Shown here piece by piece: positions 59,274 through 64,000 of a stretch of 64,000 bases of DNA (position 1 is its first letter; the number at the start of each line of letters is the position of its first letter). The notes below the pieces were generated by a model. It was not told where the DNA came from. It did no database searches and saw only the letters and a list, made by a program, of their open reading frames with translations. Source of the DNA: Vicinamibacteria bacterium (GTDB lineage: Bacteria; Acidobacteriota; Vicinamibacteria; Marinacidobacterales; Marinacidobacteraceae); contig OY821641.1 of assembly GCA_963555995.3 (NCBI GenBank), positions 832,001 through 896,000 on the forward strand, read 5' to 3'. The position numbers and the translations under genes are program-made.

Positions 59274-60188
59274 TCAGTCCCGGCCGGCGAGCCGCACCCG
59301 GACGGAGCCGTCGCCGGTCCGCAGGTGGATGCGGGGTCCCGACCCGCCGCCCAGCGTGGCGAGCGCCAGCGGCCCCTCCCGCCGCCAGTCGGCAACGTCG
59401 CGGCCGTCGTCCGCATCCGGCCTTCCCACCGCCGTCAACGCGGCGTCGGCGGTTCGGGGCAGGATGAGCCGCACCGAGCCGCTGACCGTCCGCAGGAACC
59501 ACTCGCCGGCCGGCGCGGGACCACCCCCGCGGACGTTGATCTCGATCCGTCCGTCGCCCGTCACCGCGGTGACCTGCCGCAGCCGTCCCTCGAGCTCGAT
59601 GCGTCCGTCGCCGCTCTCGGCCCGGACGCTCCCCTCGAGGTCCTTCCCCTCGATCCTGCCGTCGGCGGTGCGCAGCCGGATCGGGTCCTCCGCCGGCCCC
59701 GCCGGCGACCGGAGGCCGTCCGCGACGATGCGGCCGGAGGCGGAGGTGGCCCGGACGGGGCCGGTGAGGCCCTCCAGGGCGATCCTCCCCGACCCGGTCC
59801 GGACATCCACCGCCGTGCCCGGCGGGACCGCGATGCGCAAGCGGAGGGCGAGCTCCTCCCACGGCCGGAAGACGCCGGCGGTGGCGTCGCGGCCGGTGAT
59901 GGTCAGCGCGCCCGTATCCGGGTCGCGCTCGAAATCAACGACGAGGGCTTCGAGCGCCGCCCGCGCGGCCTCCCGCGTAGGCGCCTCGGCGGTGCGCCGG
60001 ACCTCGACCTCGAACTCGGCGCCGAGGTGTTCCCGGACGCTCAGCGAACCCCGGTCCAGGCGGACCGCGAGCTCGGACGCCCCGGGACGGCGGACCGTCT
60101 CCACGGCCGTCTGGTCCACGCCGGGAAGACAGCCCCACGCGAAAACGCCTGCCCCGAAGGCGAGGAGCCGGGCAGCGGAACGCCTCAC
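59274..60188 (-). CDS. DUF4097-type beta-strand-repeat lipoprotein
   Basis: repeated T.xGRI/SGSV motifs; lipobox-like AWGC; GTG overlaps the upstream stop. Confidence 0.75.
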   Translation of the reverse strand: MRRSAARLLAFGAGVFAWGCLPGVDQTAVETVRRPGASELAVRLDRGSLSVREHLGAEFEVEVRRTAEAPTREAARAALEALVVDFERDPDTGALTITGRDATAGVFRPWEELALRLRIAVPPGTAVDVRTGSGRIALEGLTGPVRATSASGRIVADGLRSPAGPAEDPIRLRTADGRIEGKDLEGSVRAESGDGRIELEGRLRQVTAVTGDGRIEINVRGGGPAPAGEWFLRTVSGSVRLILPRTADAALTAVGRPDADDGRDVADWRREGPLALATLGGGSGPRIHLRTGDGSVRVRLAGRD

Positions 60189-61903
60189 CGGTCTTCCCCC
60201 GCGGGCGGAACCGTCCGGACCGTGATGTCCCCGGCCCCGGTCGCAATCGTCACGCGCTCGGCGCCGGACCCGGCGCGGCCTTCCCACCGCGGCCTCCCGT
60301 CTGTCGCGCGCCGCTCCAGGGGGAACTCGCTGTCCACCTCCCCGCCATCCGTCGCGGCGGAAAGCGCGAACGATCCCGCGGACGGAAGCGCCAGCCGGAC
60401 GTCCCCGCGTCCGGTAACCAGCGCGACGTGTCCGCCCAGCGCGTCCGTGGCCACGTCCACCTCCGCGTCTCCGCTCGTTACCGACAGGGTGTCCCCGAAC
60501 CCGCGGACGGTGATGGCGCCGGCGTCCCCCGTGAACGCGGCCGGTCCCGAGAGCCGCGAGGCCCGTACTTCGCCGCGGCCGCTGGCCGCGGTCAGTCGCC
60601 CGGCGATGTCATCGAGAACCAGGAGACCGCCGGCTGCCTGAATCGCCACCCCGGAGCGGGCCCCCCGCACCTCCAGCTCGGCGGAGTCGGTCCGGATCTC
60701 GAGGGGACCTTCGATGGACATGGCCACCACGTCGCCGAACTCGGAGCCGAGCACCGCGGAGCCGCCGATCCGTTCGAGGCGGATGGGCGCGATCCGGGTC
60801 TCGATCCCGAGCGGGCCGAACGAATCCTCGACCGCCACGGGCGCGTTCCGGCCGCGCACCGTGACCGAAGACTCCGCTCCCGAGATCCACACCGGAGCGC
60901 CCTCCGCGTCCACCGTCGCGGCCCCGGCGACCCCATCCACCTCGACGGGCGCGCGCCGCGCCGAGATCTCGAGGGCGCCTTCGATCCCCGAGGCCCACGC
61001 CGCCCCGTTGCGCACCGTGAGCGAGACCGGGCCGGCCGTACCCCGGACCTCCACGGGGCCGCTTTCGGTCCGGGCTTCCACCCCCGCGAACGGGCCGGCG
61101 ATGCGCACCGATCCTTCCTCGGTGACGGCGGAGATCCGGACACCCGGAGGAAAGGTTGCGAGCAGTTCGAGCGCGACTTCGGACGTCCCCGCATCTTCGA
61201 CCCGGACGGGAAACTGCCGGGTCCCCGGGTCGGGAGGGCCGGTGCGGAGCCGTACCGCATCCGCCCGCGCGGCGGCCTCGTCGCCGTCCGCCGCCCAGAC
61301 GCGCTTCACGAGCCGCAGCCGGCCCTCGACGCCCGCCGCGGGCGGAACGTCCTCGCTGTCGGTCTCCGGATCGGCGGCCGCGGCGGCCGCGGGTGCGGCG
61401 GCGGCCGCTTCCACCCGGATGTTGCCGGCGGGCAGCGAAATCAGGACCTCCACCTCTCCCCCGGCCAGGGAGGACGTTGGGAGGGAAACGGACTCCTCCG
61501 TCACGAAGGCATGCACGGGGGACGACCCCGATTGCTGTTCGATCAGACGGCGCACTTCCGTCACGCGGGGCTCCAGTCCCTGGCTCTCGACGGCGCGCTG
61601 GGCCAGCGTGACGACGGTGCCGCCGAGGATGAGGAGCAGCAGCAGGAAGACCTCCCCGAACCCGAGGCCGGCCCGCCCCGTCCGCAGCCGGGTGACGACC
61701 TTCCCGGCGCCCCACGCCACCAGCAGGAGCGGCCACCAGACCGCCGCCAGCGGCAGCGCGTCGAGGAGAACGAGCGCCAGGGGCGTGTCCGTCAGGTTGA
61801 CCCAGAGGAACAGGCCTCCCGCAACGATCAACCCGATCCCGAAGGCGGCGCCGCATCCGCCCCCGGAACGCGGCGGGGTTGCCGCCGCTCCCGAGTCCGT
61901 CAT
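60185..61903 (-). CDS. membrane protein with DUF5668-like TM region and DUF4097 beta repeats
   Basis: GLIVAGGLFL..WWPLLLVAWG..; long array of beta repeats ending in GEVDSEF..GDITV. Confidence 0.8.
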   Translation of the reverse strand: MTDSGAAATPPRSGGGCGAAFGIGLIVAGGLFLWVNLTDTPLALVLLDALPLAAVWWPLLLVAWGAGKVVTRLRTGRAGLGFGEVFLLLLLILGGTVVTLAQRAVESQGLEPRVTEVRRLIEQQSGSSPVHAFVTEESVSLPTSSLAGGEVEVLISLPAGNIRVEAAAAAPAAAAAADPETDSEDVPPAAGVEGRLRLVKRVWAADGDEAAARADAVRLRTGPPDPGTRQFPVRVEDAGTSEVALELLATFPPGVRISAVTEEGSVRIAGPFAGVEARTESGPVEVRGTAGPVSLTVRNGAAWASGIEGALEISARRAPVEVDGVAGAATVDAEGAPVWISGAESSVTVRGRNAPVAVEDSFGPLGIETRIAPIRLERIGGSAVLGSEFGDVVAMSIEGPLEIRTDSAELEVRGARSGVAIQAAGGLLVLDDIAGRLTAASGRGEVRASRLSGPAAFTGDAGAITVRGFGDTLSVTSGDAEVDVATDALGGHVALVTGRGDVRLALPSAGSFALSAATDGGEVDSEFPLERRATDGRPRWEGRAGSGAERVTIATGAGDITVRTVPPAGEDR

Positions 61904-62100
61904 GGAGGGGGCGGCGCGCCGGACGCGGGTCCGGAACCGGAGCCGCGGTCCCGGAGCACCAGCCGCACGCCGACCGCGATCAGGATGAGCGGCCAGAAAC
62001 GAACGAGATCGCCCAGATCAACGAGGTCGAGGTTGGACAGCAGGAAGACGATCCCGATGACGATCAGGATCGGTCCCGACCAGTTGTCCTTGCGAGCCAT
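61900..62100 (-). CDS. small DUF5668 (LiaF/LiaI-like TM) protein
   Basis: GPILIVIGIVFLLSNL..RFWPLILIAVGV; strong SD GAGGAGG. Confidence 0.85.
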   Translation of the reverse strand: MARKDNWSGPILIVIGIVFLLSNLDLVDLGDLVRFWPLILIAVGVRLVLRDRGSGSGPASGAPPPP

Positions 62101-62188
62101 GGCTAGTGTGCCTCCTCGTCCCCCGCGGGTTTGCCGTGAAGATGGGGTTTCGGCGAAATGTCAACAAGCGCATGTTGCGCCGCCGGCC

Positions 62189-62351
62189 GGGAGCGCCGGT
62201 CTTCAGACCGGCGCGCGCTGCGCCACCGCGCAGCGCACGGCACAACGCTGACCTGTGGGGTGGCGTCGTGTTCTCCGTCATCACCGCGAACCGCGGCACG
62301 ACATCCGCGGGCCTGCGGCCCGCGGTGCCGGTCTGAAGACCGGCGCTCCCA
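62189..62351. repeat. inverted pair of REP-like palindromes (62189-62212 and 62327-62351)
   Basis: GGGAGCGCCGGTCTTCAGACCGGC and its reverse complement. Confidence 0.85.
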
Positions 62352-62398
62352 GCCGTCTCCATCGTTTTTCGTGTTGGCGGAGTGTGCAGGAGGACCGG

Positions 62399-62908
62399 TC
62401 ATGAGGGTCTCGCGGGCTGCCGGTCCGTCGCGCCCGGCGGGGACGGTGGTCCGCCCGCGGCCGGGGCCGTCTCCGGTCGTTCGGCCGGCGGGGCGGCCCC
62501 CGGAGCCCCTGCCGGCGCGCCGGCGGACCCGGGCAGCACGGGCGGTCCCCGGTAGAGCCGGAATCCGATCCAGACCAGCAGGAGGGGCCAGAACCGCAGG
62601 GCCCCCGGAATCAGCGCGAGCGTCGCGAGCACGCCGGCCGCCATCAGTCCGGTGGCCCAGTTCCGGTCCAGCGAGACGGCCGCCGGCCGGCCCTCGGCGT
62701 GCGCCCGCACGATCTCCTCGGCGGTCCGGATCGCGTTCACGACGCCGAAGATCCAGACGGCCAGCACGAAGGGGACCAGTTCTTCCCGGAGGAGGGCGAT
62801 GAACGCCCCGGCGAGCGCCAGTCCGCGCGCCGTCGCTCCGGCATAGAGATGACCGAGGCCGGGGAACAGCACGGAGAGGACTCCGGCGAGTCCCGGTGAA
62901 CGGTTCAT
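62399..62908 (-). CDS. membrane protein (SP.LA..LS..PGLGHLY.G N-terminus plus FWP-type TM hairpin)
   Basis: MNRSPGLAGVLSVLFPGLGHLYAG; RFWPLLLVWIG; translationally coupled to the anti-sigma gene. Confidence 0.75.
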   Translation of the reverse strand: MNRSPGLAGVLSVLFPGLGHLYAGATARGLALAGAFIALLREELVPFVLAVWIFGVVNAIRTAEEIVRAHAEGRPAAVSLDRNWATGLMAAGVLATLALIPGALRFWPLLLVWIGFRLYRGPPVLPGSAGAPAGAPGAAPPAERPETAPAAGGPPSPPGATDRQPARPS

Positions 62909-63510
62909 GGGGAGACTTCTCCTTGCGGGTCGCCGCCGGGGGCCGGGCCGGCGTCCGCTGCGGGGGCGGACAGCAGTTCGTCACGGTGACGGGTCGCCCG
63001 TTCCAGGTCCCGGAGCCGGTCTTCCAGCCGTCCGATCTGGTCTTCGAGCGCGAAGGAAACCGAGGCGCGGAGCACGCCGAACTCGGCCAGCGCCCGGTCG
63101 GTCTGGCGATTCGCGGCCGCCCGCAGGCTGCTGACCCCGTCGGATGCCCGGGGGAGCGATTTGAGCGCTCCCCGGACCAGCGGGGGCTGGAAGAACAGCA
63201 GCATGGCGGCCGCCGCCGCGGCGGCGAGCCAGGTGGGCCAGTAGTGCGTCCGCCGGACGTAGCGCGAGCGGAAGCTCGGCAGCGTCGCGGCCAGGATGCG
63301 CCCCTGGAGGTCCGGCGGCGGGGTTTCCGCCCCGGCGGCGAAGTCCGCGAGACCCCGGCGCACCGCCCGGACCTCGCCGTAGAGACGGGCGAGCTCGGGA
63401 TCCTCCGCCAGCCGGGCCCGCACCCGCTGCGCCTCGTCCGGGCCGAGTTCTCCCGCGGCGAGCGCGGACACCAGGTCCCGGAGGCGGTCGTCCGCACGGG
63501 CGCCGGTCAT
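62905..63510 (-). CDS. putative transmembrane anti-sigma factor
   Basis: directly after the ECF sigma; LVSALAAGEL..EA.RV..L anti-sigma-like N-terminus, PPPDL..RI, one TM helix. Confidence 0.8.
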   Translation of the reverse strand: MTGARADDRLRDLVSALAAGELGPDEAQRVRARLAEDPELARLYGEVRAVRRGLADFAAGAETPPPDLQGRILAATLPSFRSRYVRRTHYWPTWLAAAAAAAMLLFFQPPLVRGALKSLPRASDGVSSLRAAANRQTDRALAEFGVLRASVSFALEDQIGRLEDRLRDLERATRHRDELLSAPAADAGPAPGGDPQGEVSP

Positions 63511-64000
63511 CGGCCGCCTCCCGCGCCGGTCCGCACGGGTCCGCCGCGGCCCAGCGCGCGCCGGTCCCGCGCGAGCGTCCGGCGGGCGCGGTGGATGCGG
63601 GACTTCACGGTCCCGAGCGGGATGGCCAGCCGCTCCGCGATCTCGGGATAGTCGCAGTCCAGCAGGTCCCGCAGGATGAGCGGCTCCGACAGCTCGGGCG
63701 GCAGCCGGTCGAGCAGTTCCCGGATCCTCCCCGCCTCCTCGCGCCGTTCGGCGATCGCGTCCGGCTGCCAGGCCGCCGGCACGGGAGCTTCCGGGATCTC
63801 CTCGTCGGGCAGCAGCAGCGGCGTCCGCCGCCGGCGCCGGTAGGCGTCAATGGCCACGTTGGTGGCCACCTGCCGCACCCAGGCGCCCAGCGCGCCGCTC
63901 GGGCGATAGCTGGGCAACACGTTCACGAGCCGCAGGAAGACGTCCTGGGTGAGTTCGTCGGCGTCGTCCGGGGTCGCCGCGAAGCGGTAGGCGATGTGCC
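63507..64000 (-). CDS. ECF-subfamily RNA polymerase sigma factor (5' end outside window)
   Basis: DADELTQDVF, AW..VA.N.AID..R, YPEIAERLAIPLGTVKSRIHRAR. Confidence 0.93.
   Translation of the reverse strand, partial: HIAYRFAATPDDADELTQDVFLRLVNVLPSYRPSGALGAWVRQVATNVAIDAYRRRRRTPLLLPDEEIPEAPVPAAWQPDAIAERREEAGRIRELLDRLPPELSEPLILRDLLDCDYPEIAERLAIPLGTVKSRIHRARRTLARDRRALGRGGPVRTGAGGGR

Noticed and set aside
1-64000. tRNA/rRNA genes, prophage or defence island
   Set aside because: No cloverleaf or rRNA signatures, integrase, phage genes or clear low-GC island were seen

Overview
High-GC (roughly 70% or more) bacterial chromosome segment, mostly core genes. The fused single-chain LptF-LptG, FecR/DUF6600-type protein and ECF-sigma/DUF5668/DUF4097 cluster suggest Acidobacteriota (inference). 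It contains a his cluster (hisZ-G-D-C-B-H-A convergent with hisF-hisIE), class II RNR nrdJ with tandem NrdR boxes, mtaB, rimO, valS, asnS, metK, glpX, smc, murU/amgK-like genes, the rimP-nusA-infB-rbfA-truB-rpsO-pnp cluster, purC and an envelope-stress ECF module. No rRNA, tRNA, CRISPR array or transposase was seen. Main observations: (1) a Drosha/Dicer-like single-chain RNase III with two RNase III domains, the second catalytically degenerate, plus two dsRBDs (25614-27209); (2) a DCC/DUF393 thiol-oxidoreductase gene missed by the ORF track, with an in-frame UGA in its redox motif (DGGUGFC) followed by a SECIS-like hairpin, i.e. a probable selenoprotein (8416-8850); (3) a ~181-bp TA-flanked MITE at six loci, one nested; (4) a REP-like palindrome family showing a compensatory base change; (5) signatures of leaderless mRNAs and non-AUG starts; (6) a sigma54 promoter before the FecR/DUF6600 gene. 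All calls come from reading the sequence; no database searches were run.
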